Position numbers and translations under genes: made by a program | Part shown: in pieces, positions 8,760 to 19,001 of the stretch | Numbering within the stretch: the first letter of the stretch is position 1 | How the letters are laid out: every line of letters starts with the position of its first letter | NCBI GenBank assembly: GCA_022791685.1 | Contig: JAAVZO010000034.1 | Location: forward strand, 415 to 64,414 | Direction: 5' to 3' | Origin: Clostridiales bacterium | GTDB taxonomy: Bacteria > Bacillota > Clostridia > Oscillospirales > CAG-272 | DNA: 64,000 nt | Notes under the pieces: generated by a model | Seen by the model: the letters and a program-made list of their open reading frames with translations, nothing else | The model's database searches: none | Told to the model about the DNA's origin: nothing

Positions 8760-10853
8760 TTATATTACAAATGCGTCCTTGCGGGAGAGGTTAAGTCTGC
8801 CCTTTTCGTCAGTTCCGAGGAACTTTACACGCATTTCGTCGCCAACTGCACAAACGTCCTCGACCTTTTCAACGCGGCGATTCTCGAGCTTCGAGATGTG
8901 GACGAGACCTTCCTTACCGGGAGCAATTTCAACAAATGCACCGATCGGAATGATTCTTGTGACCTTACCGTCGTATATTTCGCCGGGAATCGGCTCGAAT
9001 ACGATACCTTCGATGATCTTCTTTGCAGCGTATGCGGAATCGGAGTTTATCGCAGAGATGAAGATATCGCCAGTCTCCTCGATATCGATCTTCGCGCCGG
9101 TGTCAGCGGTGATCTTCTGGATCACCTTTCCGCCCGAACCGATAACTTCGCGAATCTTATCAACGTTGATCTTCATAGTCAGCATCTTAGGCGCGTACTT
9201 CGAAACCTCAGCGCGCGGCTTGTCGATAGCCTTCAGGATGATGTCGTCGATGATATAATCGCGTCCCTTATGGGTTACAGCGAGCGCTTCCTTGATGATT
9301 TCGGGAGTCAGACCGTCGATCTTCAGGTCCATCTGAATCGATGTGATACCCTTGTGAGTTCCGGCTACCTTGAAGTCCATGTCGCCGTAGAAGTCCTCGA
9401 GACCCTGAATATCGATCATGGTCGTCCAGCTGCCGTCCTCGGCGGTGATAAGTCCGCACGAGATACCAGCTACCGGTGCCTTGATCGGCACGCCAGCGTC
9501 CATAAGTGCGAGCGTCGAACCGCAGACTGAACCCTGAGAGGTAGAGCCGTTCGAGCTTACGACCTCAGAAACGAGACGAATCGCATACGGGAATTCCTCA
9601 ACCGACGGAAGTACCGGAACGAGCGAACGCTCAGCAAGCGCGCCGTGACCGATCTCACGTCTGCCCGCACCGCGGGAAGCCTTAGCTTCACCAGTCGAGT
9701 AGCCGGGCATATTATAATGGTGCATATAGCGCTTCGACTCTTCCTCGTCGATACCGTCGAGCATCTGCGCGTCGGATATCGGACCAAGTGTAGCGATAGT
9801 CATGACCTGGGTCTGACCGCGGGTGAAGAGTCCGCTTCCGTGAGTTCTCGGAAGGATACCAACCTCAGCTGCGAGCGGGCGGATCTGGTCCATGCGGCGG
9901 CCGTCAACGCGCTTGTGGTCGTTGAGCAGCCAGCGGCGTACTATCTTCTTCTGGATCTTGTAAATGAGCTCGGGCATGATGACCTCAAGGTCGGGGTACT
10001 CTTCGCTGAACTTCTCGACGATCGCGTCCTGAACCGGGACCATACGCTCGTCGCGTACATTCTTGTCGTCGGTGTCGAGTGCGAACATTACGTCCTTTTC
10101 GCAGAAGTCGAAAATCTTATCGAACATATCGTGGTCGAGCTCGCCGGAAGCGTACTCGAACTTCGGCTTGCCGATCTCAGCGACAATCGAATTTATGAAT
10201 ACAAGCAGCTGCTTGATTTCCTCATGAGCGAGCATGATTGCGTTGAACATATCGTCATCGCTGACTTCGTTCGCGCCGGCCTCGATCATTACTACCTTCT
10301 CTGCCGTAGCTGCTACGGTGAGCTGAAGGTCGCTGACCTTGCGCTGCTCAGAAGTCGGATTAATGACCGGCTTACCGTCAACCATTCCAACAAATACGCC
10401 GCCTATCGGGCCGTTCCACGGAATATCCGAGATGGAAAGTGCGATCGACGCGCCGATCATCGCGGTGATCTCAGGCGAGCAGTCGTTGTCTACCGACATT
10501 ACAGTCAGCGACAGGTTGACATCGTTGCGCAGATCCTTCGGGAAAAGCGGACGAATCGGACGGTCGATAACGCGCGATGTGAGTATCGCCTTTTCGGAGG
10601 GCTTGCCCTCGCGCTTCAGGTAGCCGCCTGGGATCTTGCCGACAGCGTACATTTTTTCTTCAAAATCTACCGACAGCGGCAGAAAGTCGATGCCGTCGCG
10701 GGGCTTCGCGGACGCAGTCGCGCACGCTAAAATAACGGTGTCGCCGTAACGGACGAGCGCCGAGCCGTTCGCAAGTCCTGCGAGCTTTCCAGTCTCGACG
10801 ACCAGTTCACGTCCTGCGAAAGTGTAATTAAATACCTTGTAATTTTCGAACAT
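8760..10853 (-). CDS. pnp: Polyribonucleotide nucleotidyltransferase (PNPase)
   Basis: Two RNase PH domains plus KH and S1 domains, ending ...GKVTRIIPIGAFVEI...SKL. The start was chosen at MFENYKVF (10853), which follows AAGGAGGA. Confidence 0.95.
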   Translation of the reverse strand: MFENYKVFNYTFAGRELVVETGKLAGLANGSALVRYGDTVILACATASAKPRDGIDFLPLSVDFEEKMYAVGKIPGGYLKREGKPSEKAILTSRVIDRPIRPLFPKDLRNDVNLSLTVMSVDNDCSPEITAMIGASIALSISDIPWNGPIGGVFVGMVDGKPVINPTSEQRKVSDLQLTVAATAEKVVMIEAGANEVSDDDMFNAIMLAHEEIKQLLVFINSIVAEIGKPKFEYASGELDHDMFDKIFDFCEKDVMFALDTDDKNVRDERMVPVQDAIVEKFSEEYPDLEVIMPELIYKIQKKIVRRWLLNDHKRVDGRRMDQIRPLAAEVGILPRTHGSGLFTRGQTQVMTIATLGPISDAQMLDGIDEEESKRYMHHYNMPGYSTGEAKASRGAGRREIGHGALAERSLVPVLPSVEEFPYAIRLVSEVVSSNGSTSQGSVCGSTLALMDAGVPIKAPVAGISCGLITAEDGSWTTMIDIQGLEDFYGDMDFKVAGTHKGITSIQMDLKIDGLTPEIIKEALAVTHKGRDYIIDDIILKAIDKPRAEVSKYAPKMLTMKINVDKIREVIGSGGKVIQKITADTGAKIDIEETGDIFISAINSDSAYAAKKIIEGIVFEPIPGEIYDGKVTRIIPIGAFVEIAPGKEGLVHISKLENRRVEKVEDVCAVGDEMRVKFLGTDEKGRLNLSRKDAFVI

Positions 10854-10909
10854 TTCGTTCCTCCTTGTTTTTGTCGGAAGAAACGCGAAATCCGTGTGGT
10901 TTAGCACTT

Positions 10910-10938
10910 AAAAACGCCCCGAAGCGCACTTCGGCGAA
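10910..10938 (-). terminator. Terminator-like hairpin in the pnp leader (possible attenuator)
   Basis: On the minus strand, CCGAAG-UGCG-CUUCGG followed by GGCGUUUUU, about 55 nt upstream of the pnp start. Confidence 0.5.
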
Positions 10939-11008
10939 TTTTTAACTGCTAATCCGGGAAAGACGGTTTCTTCCGTACATAATTGATTTCGTCTAACTAA
11001 ATCTCAGC

Positions 11009-11052
11009 CTGCAAGCCACGTCGGCATAAAATATGCCGACGTTCGCTGCAAG
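11009..11052 (-). terminator. Long rpsO-pnp intergenic hairpin (rpsO terminator / RNase processing site candidate)
   Basis: 10-bp perfect inner stem ACGTCGGCAT/ATGCCGACGT plus an outer TGCA pairing, immediately after the rpsO stop. Confidence 0.5.
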
Positions 11053-11059
11053 TCCGTGA

Positions 11060-11326
11060 TTACTTTCTGATACCGAGCTTTTCGATAATCGCACGATAGC
11101 GCTCGATGTCCTTCTTCTGGAGGTAGCCGAGAAGATTTCTTCTGTGACCTACCATCTTGAGAAGACCGCGGCGGCTGTGGTGATCCTTCGGGTTGGCTTT
11201 CAGGTGCTCAGTGAGCGAGTTGATACGATTTGTGAGAATCGCGATCTGTACTTCAGGCGAGCCTGTGTCCTTCTCGTTGATCTTGTTTTCAGCAATTATC
11301 TGCTGCTTAACATCCTTTTGAATCAT
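11060..11326 (-). CDS. rpsO: 30S ribosomal protein S15
   Basis: 88 aa containing [32 protein letters not shown]. Confidence 0.97.
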   Translation of the reverse strand: MIQKDVKQQIIAENKINEKDTGSPEVQIAILTNRINSLTEHLKANPKDHHSRRGLLKMVGHRRNLLGYLQKKDIERYRAIIEKLGIRK

Positions 11327-11495
11327 GGTGTTTCACCTCATAAAAATAATATTATACTATCCCGCGAAGCAAGGCAGACGGTCGGTGAGATCCGATAAAC
11401 TTTGCAGCCGGTATTCATACAGCTTTTATTATACCACATTTTTTTTGTTTTGTAAATAGCTTTTGCGATTTTTATTTGGAATTTTACAAATTATC

Positions 11496-11524
11496 TTGAA
11501 ATTGAGGAAAAAGTATGATATAAT
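11496..11524 (+). promoter_or_regulatory. SigA-type promoter with extended -10
   Basis: TTGAAA (11496-11501), 17-nt spacer, TGaTATAAT (ending 11524). Confidence 0.65.
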
Positions 11525-11578
11525 ATTAGTCGGCATAATTCAGAGCTCGTGCTCAAGTTAGATCAGGATCAAAATAAA

Positions 11579-12301
11579 ATGACTGAAGTTACAAAAAACA
11601 CCTACCGCGCCGGACTTATCGACGGCGTACCGATCGGGCTCGGCTACCTGTCGGTCTCGTTCACATTCGGGATCATGGCGTCGTCGCTCGGGATACCGTT
11701 CGGCTATACCCTGCTCATCTCGATGACAAACCTCACCTCAGCCGGACAGCTCGCCGGTATCGGCGTTATCGCCGCGAACGGCTCTTACGCTGAGATCGCA
11801 CTGACACAGCTTATCATCAACCTGCGATACGCGCTGATGAGCCTGTCACTGTCCCAGAAGCTCGACAAAAGCTTCAACATCTTCCATCGACTCGCCGTCT
11901 CATTTGGCATAACCGACGAAATTTTCGCCGTCGCCGCCGCAAAGGAGCACGATGTCGGCACAAAATATATGTACGGACTCATAACGATACCGTACATCGG
12001 CTGGTCCGCCGGAACTGCACTCGGCGCACTCGCGGGCAGCATTCTGCCGGAGCTGATACGGAACGCACTCGGAATCGCGCTCTACGGAATGTTCATCGCG
12101 ATCGTCGTACCGCCCGCACGCAAAACGCCGCGGCTGTTAGTCGTAGTCGGAGCTGCCGCCGGACTCTCCTGCATGATACGCTACATACCGATACTTTCGT
12201 TCATTTCGGACGGATTTTCGATAATTATCTGCACGCTCGCCGCCGCACTGCTCGGTGCGCTGCTCTTCCCCATTGACGAAGGAGAAAAAAATGCAGAATA
12301 A
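11579..12301 (+). CDS. azlC: AzlC-family branched-chain amino acid exporter subunit
   Basis: Polytopic protein with GLIDGVPIGLGYLSVSFTFG and TNLTSAGQ blocks typical of AzlC. The ATG at 11579 is preferred over the GTG at 11549. Confidence 0.75.
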   Translation: MTEVTKNTYRAGLIDGVPIGLGYLSVSFTFGIMASSLGIPFGYTLLISMTNLTSAGQLAGIGVIAANGSYAEIALTQLIINLRYALMSLSLSQKLDKSFNIFHRLAVSFGITDEIFAVAAAKEHDVGTKYMYGLITIPYIGWSAGTALGALAGSILPELIRNALGIALYGMFIAIVVPPARKTPRLLVVVGAAAGLSCMIRYIPILSFISDGFSIIICTLAAALLGALLFPIDEGEKNAE

Positions 12302-12611
12302 TATCATTATTTATATACTCGTTATGGCGCTCGTCACGTACCTGACGCGAATGATACCAATGGCGCTCGTTAAAGGTAAAATCGAATCGCGGTTCGTGAA
12401 AAGCTTCATATATTATGTTCCCTACGCCGTACTGTCAGCAATGACGATACCTGCGATATTCTACTCGACCGCCGACACGTTGTCCGCCGTCGTAGGATTC
12501 ATCGCAGCAATAGTGGTCGCATTCTTCGGGCGCTCACTGCTGACCGTGGCGCTCAGCGCCTGCGGGTCAGTGCTGATTTGCGAGCTTGTTATGAAATATT
12601 TAATAATATAA
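12291..12611 (+). CDS. azlD: AzlD-family small membrane subunit
   Basis: About 106-aa hydrophobic protein directly overlapping the azlC end. RBS GAAGGAGAAA precedes the ATG at 12291. Confidence 0.7.
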   Translation: MQNNIIIYILVMALVTYLTRMIPMALVKGKIESRFVKSFIYYVPYAVLSAMTIPAIFYSTADTLSAVVGFIAAIVVAFFGRSLLTVALSACGSVLICELVMKYLII

Positions 12612-12634
12612 ACTTCAAAAAAACGGAGGAAAAC

Positions 12635-13705
12635 ATGGAAATCACACAGATCATTGAAAAATTCAAGGTTGCGGGTAATCCAACCGAAATCAAGCAGTTA
12701 ACATGCGGCAACATCAACCAGACCTACCGCATAACTATGTCGGACGGTGTTCGCTATATTTTGCAGAACATCAACATCAATATCTTCACCGACCCGGTCG
12801 GACTCATGAACAACATTTTCGGAGTTTGCGCGCACATCAAGGCTAAGCTGCCCGAAGAAGAACGCGACCGCCGTGCGATGACCTTCATCGACACAAAAGA
12901 CGGCGAGCATTTCTACCGCGACGATGACGGCAAATGCTGGAGAATGTACGTTTACATCGACGCTATTTCCTATCAGTCCATCGAAAAGCCCGGCCTGTTC
13001 TACAAGGCAGCAAAGGCGTTCGGTGAATTCCAGCAGCAGTTAGCCGACTACCCTGCCGACACACTCGCTGAGACTATCAAAAATTTCCATAACACTGTAA
13101 GCCGTTTCGCTGATTTCAAGGCTGCGATCGCGAACTGCAAGCTGCCGGAACGCCTTGAGGAGTCCAAGGACGTAATCGACGCGTTCCTCGCACGCGAGTC
13201 GCTCGCACACGTAGCTGTCGATAAGCTGGCGACCGGCGAGCTTCCGCTGCGCGTTACGCACAACGACACCAAGCTCAACAATATACTCATGGACGAAGCG
13301 ACCGATGAGGGACTCTGCGTTATCGACCTCGATACCGTAATGCCCGGCTCGGTGCTCTACGATTTCGGCGATGCGATCCGCTTTGGCGCGGCAACTACCG
13401 CTGAGGATGACCCCGACACCTCGAAAATGGCGCTCGACCTCGACCTGTTCGCTGAGTTCGTGCGCGGCTTCATCGACGGCACTAACGGCAGTTTGACTCA
13501 GACTGAGCTCGACCTGCTTCCGGAAGGCGCAATGCTGCTGACATACGAGTGCGCGATCCGCTTCATCGGCGACTACCTGAACGGCGACACATATTTCAAA
13601 ATCAACTACGAAAAGCACAACCTCGTTCGTGCGCGCGCTCAGCTCGCACTGCTCGTCGATATGGAAAAGAAGCTCGACGATATGCGAAAAATTGTCAAAG
13701 GCTGA
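12635..13705 (+). CDS. APH-fold sugar/small-molecule kinase (N-acetylhexosamine 1-kinase NahK-like)
   Basis: Catalytic-loop HNDTKLNNIL and Mg-binding IDLDTV motifs of the aminoglycoside-phosphotransferase fold. RBS GGAGGA precedes the ATG at 12635. Confidence 0.6.
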   Translation: MEITQIIEKFKVAGNPTEIKQLTCGNINQTYRITMSDGVRYILQNININIFTDPVGLMNNIFGVCAHIKAKLPEEERDRRAMTFIDTKDGEHFYRDDDGKCWRMYVYIDAISYQSIEKPGLFYKAAKAFGEFQQQLADYPADTLAETIKNFHNTVSRFADFKAAIANCKLPERLEESKDVIDAFLARESLAHVAVDKLATGELPLRVTHNDTKLNNILMDEATDEGLCVIDLDTVMPGSVLYDFGDAIRFGAATTAEDDPDTSKMALDLDLFAEFVRGFIDGTNGSLTQTELDLLPEGAMLLTYECAIRFIGDYLNGDTYFKINYEKHNLVRARAQLALLVDMEKKLDDMRKIVKG

Positions 13706-13786
13706 ACAATTTGTAAATCATCTGTAAATCAGCCAAAATTACGGAACTTTATATAATTCATCTGCGTCATATATAATAGGAAATTT

Positions 13787-13808
13787 ACAGCGGTAAATTT
13801 ACCGCTGT
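13787..13808 (+). terminator. Hairpin after the kinase gene
   Basis: Perfect palindrome ACAGCGGTAAA/TTTACCGCTGT. The T tract is weak. Confidence 0.4.
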
Positions 13809-13889
13809 TATTCCTATGTTCCTACATCGTATAAAAAATGCGAGCTGGTTCAAACTAAAGATGAAATGTAATTCAAGAAAGGTGAAACT

Positions 13890-14465
13890 ATGAAAAAATT
13901 AGTATCAATCGCGCTCATACTTGCAGCGCTCCTAACACAAACTCTCGTCAGCTGCGGAAACAATGACACTCCCAACGATACAAACGACACTGAAAACACC
14001 GACTCGGTGAAGAACGATGTTCCAGTAGCCGATATCTGCAAAGCGATCGAGGAAGAATTTGGCGATAATTTTACAGCTGATTTTGAAGTTGATTCGGAAA
14101 CTCTCGATGCGACTTACGGAATAAAATCAGAATGGGTAAAAGAGTATTACGCTAAAATCGCTATGATAAGCTTCCAGATCGACCAGCTGATCGCTGTTCG
14201 CGCTGCTGACGGTCACGGCGACGACGTGTACAAAGCACTCGAGAGCTACAGAGATTACTATGTAGATAACTCAATGCAGTACCCGATGAATATGTCGAAG
14301 GCAAGCGCCGCGACTGTTTATCGTAACGGAGACTATGTATTCTTTATGATACTCGGCTACTCCGACGACGACAGTCTGCTCGATGACGACGCAAAAGCGC
14401 TCGAATTCTACAAAAATGAAAATCAGCGCGCAATCGACGTAATCGATTCAAAGCTCGGCAAATAA
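13890..14465 (+). CDS. DUF4358-like lipoprotein
   Basis: Lipobox LVS-C. Sequence and size are typical of DUF4358 proteins that accompany MBOAT/DHHW pairs in Clostridia. Confidence 0.6.
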   Translation: MKKLVSIALILAALLTQTLVSCGNNDTPNDTNDTENTDSVKNDVPVADICKAIEEEFGDNFTADFEVDSETLDATYGIKSEWVKEYYAKIAMISFQIDQLIAVRAADGHGDDVYKALESYRDYYVDNSMQYPMNMSKASAATVYRNGDYVFFMILGYSDDDSLLDDDAKALEFYKNENQRAIDVIDSKLGK

Positions 14466-14520
14466 AATATATGCGGGAGACGACCTCTCCCGCATACTGC
14501 TATAATATAAGGAAAGAAAT

Positions 14521-15933
14521 ATGGTCTTCAGCAGTCTTTTATTCCTGTTCCGCTACCTTCCAGCGGTACTTCTACTCTACTTCATCTGTCCCAAAAAGCT
14601 GCGAAATCTGCTGCTTTTTATCGTTAGCCTCATCTTTTACGCGTGGGGAGAGCCGATTTACGTGGGAATCATGCTGTTTTCGACAGTAGTCGACTACACA
14701 CACGGCCTACTCGTTGCGCGTTTCAAAAATTCCGGTCGCATTCGGGCGGCAAAATGCACCGTCGCGTCGTCGATGATAATCAACCTCGCGCTGCTCGGAT
14801 TCTTCAAATATTACGACTTCATCATCGGCAACATCAATTCAATAGCCGGACTCGCGATTCCGACGCTCGGACTTGCACTGCCAATCGGAATATCATTCTA
14901 TACGTTCCAGACAATGTCGTATACTATCGACGTTTACCGCGGCGACGCTGAACCGCAGAAAAATATAATCAGCTTCGGCGCATACGTCGCACTCTTCCCA
15001 CAGCTCATCGCAGGACCTATCGTGCAGTACAAAACGGTCGCTGAGCAACTGAATAACCGCACTGAAAACTTCGACAAATTCGGTTACGGTGTCAATCGCT
15101 TCGTCACCGGACTTGGCAAAAAGGTGCTGCTCGCAAACAGCGCCGGTCTCATCTGGGACACTGTAAATGCGATGAACCTTGATAGTCTGCCAGTAATGAC
15201 AGCGTGGATTGGCATTATTGCATATACATTCCAGATATACTTCGATTTTTCAGGCTATTCCGACATGGCTATCGGACTTGGAAGTATGCTCGGATTCAAG
15301 TTTCTTGAGAACTTCGACTACCCGTATATGTCAAAAAGTATCACCGAATTCTGGAGAAGATGGCACATATCGCTCGGAAGCTGGTTCCGCGATTACGTCT
15401 ACATCCCGCTCGGCGGCAACCGCAAAGGCTTTGCCAAGCAGATACGCAATATATGCGTCGTCTGGCTGCTGACTGGATTGTGGCACGGCGCTAATTGGAC
15501 GTTTGTGCTGTGGGGCGTTTATTTCGGTGTGATTCTAATAATCGAAAAGCTGTTTTTATTGAAGCTGCTCAAAAAAGCGCCAGCTATCGTTGGGCATATC
15601 TACACAATGCTGCTCGTAGTTGTCAGCTGGGTAATATTTGCGATCGACGAGCTGCCTCGCGTTATCAGCTATATAGGCGCAATGTTCGGTTCAGGCGGAT
15701 CATTGTTCGACCAGACCTCGCTCTATATGTTGACAACAAATGCGATTTTGCTTGTAATCCTTGCGATCGCTGCGACCCCGTACCCGAAACAGATAGCGCA
15801 AAAGCTGACCTCACGTATCGGCGACAAGCCAACCGCCCTCGTGCAGAATATGGCATTTTGTGCAATAATATTCATCTCGGTCGCATATCTCGTTGACGCA
15901 AGCTACAATCCATTCTTATATTTCAGATTCTAA
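14521..15933 (+). CDS. MBOAT-family membrane O-acyltransferase (AlgI/DltB-like)
   Basis: 470-aa polytopic protein with the conserved FWRRWHISLGSWFRDYVYIPLGG block, which includes the catalytic His. Confidence 0.85.
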   Translation: MVFSSLLFLFRYLPAVLLLYFICPKKLRNLLLFIVSLIFYAWGEPIYVGIMLFSTVVDYTHGLLVARFKNSGRIRAAKCTVASSMIINLALLGFFKYYDFIIGNINSIAGLAIPTLGLALPIGISFYTFQTMSYTIDVYRGDAEPQKNIISFGAYVALFPQLIAGPIVQYKTVAEQLNNRTENFDKFGYGVNRFVTGLGKKVLLANSAGLIWDTVNAMNLDSLPVMTAWIGIIAYTFQIYFDFSGYSDMAIGLGSMLGFKFLENFDYPYMSKSITEFWRRWHISLGSWFRDYVYIPLGGNRKGFAKQIRNICVVWLLTGLWHGANWTFVLWGVYFGVILIIEKLFLLKLLKKAPAIVGHIYTMLLVVVSWVIFAIDELPRVISYIGAMFGSGGSLFDQTSLYMLTTNAILLVILAIAATPYPKQIAQKLTSRIGDKPTALVQNMAFCAIIFISVAYLVDASYNPFLYFRF

Positions 15934-15970
15934 CTTTTTTACAGGTTAGCAATAAATTGATAATAAAATC

Positions 15971-17119
15971 ATGAAAATAACAAACAAAGCTACAACTATT
16001 ATTTTCTGCGCAGTCATTGCACTGCTCACCGTCGCAAGCTTATTCAATCCTGTGCGCAGCGAATCGGAAGTCGAAAATCGACAGCTCGCACAAATGCCGG
16101 AGCTCTCAATTGACGCGCTGTTTGATGGCATATACTCCGCTGGCAACGAATTAGGCAAATTTACCTCCAACTACGAGAAATTCGTCACCGATCAATTTGT
16201 CGCGCGTGACTCGTGGATCTCGGTCAAGACGAGCGTCGAGCTTGCCCTTGGAAAGCGCGACACTAACGGCGTTTATTTTGCCGACGACGGCTACTTCATC
16301 GAGCAGTTCACACCAGACGATGCGATCGTTTCGAGAAATATCGGCTTTATAAACAGCTTTTTAGACTTCGCTCGCGACAAATACAACGTTCGCGTACTCA
16401 TTGCGCCGACCGCGTCACTCGTGCATTCTGACAAGCTCCCCCCACTCGCGCCAAACTGGAATCAGGACGAAATGCTCGACAATTTAGCAAAATCTCCCGA
16501 ATTTGTCGATACACGCGACCAGTTAATTGTGCATAAAGACGAATACATCTACTATCGTACCGACCACCATTGGACAACGTTGGGGGCGTATTATGCGTAT
16601 TGCCAGCTGATGGAATCGCTCGATTTGCAGCCGGTTAGCGATTATAACGAAGTAACGCTGAGCGAAAATTTCCTTGGCACCGTCATCGCGAAGGTCGGCA
16701 TAAAAACTGAGCCGGATACGCTAACAACGTTCGAATCAAAGTCTCAGCCGACAGTTTCGCTCGATTTTAACCTCGGAATGAAGACATCCGACTCGCTCTA
16801 CGCGCCCGAAAAGCTCGAAACTCGCGATAAATACGGCGTTTTTCTCGGTGGAAACGACGCGATCGTAGACATAAAAACGTCGACCAAAAACGGCCGCATG
16901 CTGCTGATGGTGAAGGATTCGTATGCGCATTGTATGGTGCCGCTGCTAGTCAACAATTATGAACGTATAATTTTGATCGACCTGCGTTACTATAATCTGG
17001 GTGTAGAGTCATATCTCGCCAGTCTTGAAGCCGACGGAACAACAGTCGACGACGTTATCGTACTGTACAACGCCAACAGCTTTGCTGACGACAGATATCT
17101 ATTGAAAATAACAAAATAA
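15971..17119 (+). CDS. DHHW-family protein (AlgX/AlgJ-like extracytoplasmic acyltransferase partner)
   Basis: N-terminal TM anchor and the eponymous YYRTDHHWT motif. Confidence 0.8.
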   Translation: MKITNKATTIIFCAVIALLTVASLFNPVRSESEVENRQLAQMPELSIDALFDGIYSAGNELGKFTSNYEKFVTDQFVARDSWISVKTSVELALGKRDTNGVYFADDGYFIEQFTPDDAIVSRNIGFINSFLDFARDKYNVRVLIAPTASLVHSDKLPPLAPNWNQDEMLDNLAKSPEFVDTRDQLIVHKDEYIYYRTDHHWTTLGAYYAYCQLMESLDLQPVSDYNEVTLSENFLGTVIAKVGIKTEPDTLTTFESKSQPTVSLDFNLGMKTSDSLYAPEKLETRDKYGVFLGGNDAIVDIKTSTKNGRMLLMVKDSYAHCMVPLLVNNYERIILIDLRYYNLGVESYLASLEADGTTVDDVIVLYNANSFADDRYLLKITK

Positions 17120-17124
17120 AAACA

Positions 17125-17166
17125 ATCCAGCGAACTATCCTTTGGATATATTCGCTGGATATTTTT
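17125..17166. terminator. Bidirectional terminator
   Basis: ATCCAGCGAA / TTCGCTGGAT stem followed by ATTTTTA, lying between convergent genes. Confidence 0.7.
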
Positions 17167-18010
17167 ATGTGTAGTAGTCGAATTTTCCGAGCGCCTTTTT
17201 CGAAAACGCACTCGGTGTTTGTCCGGTGTACTGGCGGAAAGCTTGAATGAAGTAGGAAAGGCTCTCGAATCCACACTCCTCCGCCGTTTTGCGCACTCCC
17301 TCACCGCCTGCGAGCATGGCCTGCGCGTATTTCATACGCAGCGCGATCAAATATTGCTTGATAGTCGAGCCGGTATAGCGCTTGAAATCGCGGTTGAGCT
17401 TGTTCACACTCACAAAAAAGCGTGTCGCGAGGTCCGGTGTTGTAATTTCGTTTTTATAATTCAACCCGATGTACTCGACAACATCCTTTATGTAGGTTTT
17501 AATTGGGCTGAGCGAGCGCATATTGCTCTCGTTCGAATACTCCTTCAATTCAGTCAGAATCAGCGCAGTATACAAAAGTTTCTTGTCATTTGAGATATTT
17601 TCTCGTGCAATTTCATTAAGATAGTGTTCGATTATGCGCATCTCATTGTTATCAAGATCAATAACCGCAGACCCAACGTTTGCAAACTTCCCAAGATCAC
17701 CGACACTTCCACCAAGCATAGCTAATGCGCTTTCTCCGCAATAAAGCACTATTCTGTCATAAAATACATCACTCGGCACATTATTTCTGTGCAATACATG
17801 AGAATTATGAAAACAAACACACCTTCCGTTGCTTTCAATGCTGCCGCCTGTGTTCGAAAATACAATTTTTCCCTCGCTCATAACAAAAATGAATTCATAA
17901 TAGCTGTGCGAGTGGTATAGCGGCATATAATGACCCTTCTGCGAGAGTCGATATGCGATTATTTCACATTTCCGCTCACGCGAAAACGGGTAAAATGCGT
18001 CGTCAAGCAT
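17165..18010 (-). CDS. AraC-family transcriptional regulator (cupin plus HTH)
   Basis: C-terminal AraC HTH (...IKQYLIALRMKYAQAML...ECGFESLSYFIQAFRQYTGQTPSAF). The start at MLDDAF follows AAGGAGG. Confidence 0.85.
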   Translation of the reverse strand: MLDDAFYPFSRERKCEIIAYRLSQKGHYMPLYHSHSYYEFIFVMSEGKIVFSNTGGSIESNGRCVCFHNSHVLHRNNVPSDVFYDRIVLYCGESALAMLGGSVGDLGKFANVGSAVIDLDNNEMRIIEHYLNEIARENISNDKKLLYTALILTELKEYSNESNMRSLSPIKTYIKDVVEYIGLNYKNEITTPDLATRFFVSVNKLNRDFKRYTGSTIKQYLIALRMKYAQAMLAGGEGVRKTAEECGFESLSYFIQAFRQYTGQTPSAFSKKALGKFDYYT

Positions 18011-18155
18011 TTCTGCTCCTCCTTGCAATGTTGTTTATTTTACCATTTCTTAGAAAAGTTGAATATATAAACATTTTGGTCGAATTTCTTAATCTATATA
18101 ATATAATACCATATTTTCGACCATTTGTAAAGAGGAAATCGCAAATTTCTTTAAT

Positions 18156-18884
18156 TTAATTGTTAGTGTAATTTACTATTGCACGGAAAAGTTCAACATA
18201 CGCTGCATGGTGCTTTTCTGTTTTTTTTGCGCCCTTGAGGTGCTTAAGGGTCGATATACGACGAATGCAGAGTATTGTGTCCGGCGGAAGGTCATCAATT
18301 CCATTGAACGTCTGGCCAAACTCAGTCTTCGAAAGCACGATCCCGCAATCGTCATACGCGGATTCGGGTATGTCGTCCACACCGAATATCTCTGCGAGCG
18401 GCAGAAATCCGCTCTCTTCACTTACAATATTATACACATATGGAGATAAAAAGCAAATAACCGCGTCACCAGCGATAATTTGCTGATAGAATTCAGTCTT
18501 CGTTTGCTGTTGAAACTGCGCATCGAATACTGCCCCGCTCTCCTGCGCGGCTGCAACCTCATCCGGTGAGAGCATTACTATGTCGTTGAGCGCAACCTTC
18601 ACATCTCCGTCTCCGTTGTAGTCATCCGCCACCGCCGACAGCGCACGCTGAATATACACACCATCCTGCACCGCCAAGATCTGCGGACCAGCATACATCG
18701 TATAATAATCGAAATTATCCTTTGTCAGCATTTGCACGCTGCAAATAATAGCGGTGATAATAGCAACTCCTGCTATTATTGTCTGCGCCTTGTAGTGATA
18801 CCAAAAATTGTCGAACCACTTTTTAAACTTTGAATCCGCCTCGACAAAGCCTTCCACTTTGTCATTTTGTGGTTTTTCATCCAT
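18156..18884 (-). CDS. Hypothetical membrane-anchored protein
   Basis: Single N-terminal TM (TIIAGVAIITAIICSV) followed by a soluble domain. The ATG at 18884 follows AAGGA. Confidence 0.55.
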   Translation of the reverse strand: MDEKPQNDKVEGFVEADSKFKKWFDNFWYHYKAQTIIAGVAIITAIICSVQMLTKDNFDYYTMYAGPQILAVQDGVYIQRALSAVADDYNGDGDVKVALNDIVMLSPDEVAAAQESGAVFDAQFQQQTKTEFYQQIIAGDAVICFLSPYVYNIVSEESGFLPLAEIFGVDDIPESAYDDCGIVLSKTEFGQTFNGIDDLPPDTILCIRRISTLKHLKGAKKTEKHHAAYVELFRAIVNYTNN

Positions 18885-19001
18885 ATATAAACATCCTTTC
18901 AATTACAAGAATCTTTTATACTATTATACCAAATTCGCGCGTCAGTTGCAAGAACTAACGCGCGAATTTTACAAAATATTAGCATTTCGATAAAGCAATA
19001 T

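Noticed and set aside
9645-10730. 361-aa ORF on the plus strand, plus several 60-210-aa ORFs (8779-9530, 10339-10623)
   Set aside because: All lie antisense within pnp, one of the most confidently identified genes in the window. They are shadow ORFs.
11327-11460. rpsO 5' leader as an S15 autoregulatory RNA
   Set aside because: This is plausible by analogy: a leader of about 100 nt lies downstream of TGTGGTATAAT-type -10 elements. I could not draw the three-way junction or pseudoknot convincingly by eye, so it is not reported as a feature.
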